Shown here: positions 62,901 through 64,000 of the stretch, in pieces
Position numbering within the stretch: the first letter of the stretch is position 1
Layout: each line of letters begins with the position of its first letter
Assembly: GCA_964016885.1 (NCBI GenBank)
Contig: OZ024742.1
Coordinates: forward strand, 22,258,001 to 22,322,000
Direction: 5' to 3'
Length of the DNA stretch: 64,000 nucleotides
Source of the DNA: Eledone cirrhosa
Lineage: Eukaryota
Translations under genes and position numbers: made by a program
The notes under the pieces: generated by a model
What the model saw: the letters and a program-made list of their open reading frames with translations, nothing else
What the model was told of the DNA's origin: nothing
Databases searched by the model: none

Positions 62901-64000
62901 CAACATTTCATACCTAGCCTGGGTCTATTGTCAGTTTTGGAAACCAACATTTCATATCTAGTCTGTGTCTATTGTCAATTTTGGAAACCAACATTTCATA
63001 CCTAGCCTGGGTCTATTGTCAGTTTTGGAAACCTACATTTCATACCTAGCCTGGGTCTATTGTCAGTTTTAGAAACCTACATTTCAAACCTACCCTGGGG
63101 CTAGTGTCAGTTTTGGAAACCAACATTTGATACCTAGCCTGGGTCTATTGTCAGTTTTGGAAACCAACATTTCATAACTAGCCTGGTTCTATTGTCAGTT
63201 TTGGAAACCTACATTTCATACCTAGCTTGGGGCTATTGTCAGTTTTGGAAACCAACATTTCATACCTAGCCTGGGTGTATTGTCAGTTTTGGAAACCAAC
63301 ATTTCATACGTAGCCTGGGTCTATTGTCAGTTTTGGAAACCAACATTTCATACCAAGCCCGGGACTATTGTCATTTTTGGAAACCAACATTTCATACCTA
63401 GCCATGGTCTATTGTCAGTTTTGGAAACCTACATTTCATACCCAGCCTGGGACTATTGTCAGTTTAGGAAACCAACATTTCATACCTTGCCTGGGTTTAT
63501 CGTCAGTTTTAGAAACCAACATTTCATAACTAGCCTGGGTCTATTATCAGTTTTGGAAACCTACATTTCATACCTAACCTGGGTCTATTGTCAGTTTTGG
63601 AAACCAACATTTCATACCTAGCCTGGGTCTATTGTCAGTTTTGGAAACCAACATTTCATATCTAGTCTGTGTCTATTGTCAATTTTGGAAACCAACATTT
63701 CATACCTAGCCTGGGTCTATTGTCAGTTTTTGAAACCATCATTTCATACCTAGCCTGGGTCTATTGTCAGTTTTGGAAACCAACATTTCATACCTAGCCT
63801 GGGTGTATTGTCAGTTTTGGAAACCAACATTTCATACCTAGCCTGGGTCTATTGTCAGTTTTGCAAACCAACATTTCATACGTAGCCTGGGGCTATTGTC
63901 AGTTTTGGAAACCATCATTTCATACCTAGCCTGGGTCTACTGTCAGTTTTGGAAACCAACATTTCATACCTAGCCTGGGTCTATTGTCAGTTTTAGAAAC
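41961..64000. repeat. 44-bp satellite array (~500 copies in window, continues downstream) with higher-order structure
   Basis: Unit cctagcctgggtctattgtcagttttggaaaccaacatttcata; the first two monomers are highly diverged and runs of variant monomers recur. Confidence 0.98.

Noticed and set aside
41961-64000. Short ORFs such as MSVLETNISYLAWVYCQFWKPTFHT, and a CRISPR-like look
   Set aside because: The 44-bp unit is not a multiple of 3, a stop appears every three monomers in the consensus, and there are no spacers

Overview
Eukaryotic, gene-free, repeat-dominated DNA. I found no convincing host protein-coding gene, and nearly all ORF-track entries are translations of microsatellites or satellites. 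The AT richness, dense (TA)n/(CA)n/(GAT)n tracts, RTE-clade LINE remnants and Meta-domain and CORE-like tRNA SINEs resemble an octopus (coleoid cephalopod) genome; this taxon call is inference. Layout: (1) 1-780 is the end of a 567-bp tandem repeat. (2) About 0.8-27 kb is a mosaic of SINEs, 5'-truncated RTE LINEs, a CRE-like fragment, TTAA-flanked MITE-like elements, Penelope-like terminal remnants and minisatellites. (3) 27.2-41.4 kb is a G-rich 15-bp satellite. (4) 41.96-64 kb is a 44-bp satellite with irregular higher-order repeats that runs off the window. The most interesting signal is a set of six minimal type-I hammerhead-ribozyme-like motifs (CUGANGA...GAAA...UH) of four sequence types between 1.3 and 11.7 kb. 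They sit in inverted or rearranged segments next to (TA)n tracts, as expected for Penelope-like pseudo-LTRs, and the best one (8410-8454) lies in the loop of a large fold-back. Also notable: one retroposon 3'-UTR module was amplified twice independently into minisatellites, and several recurrent 44-bp satellite variants perfect an internal quasi-palindrome. All of this was read by eye, with no searches run.
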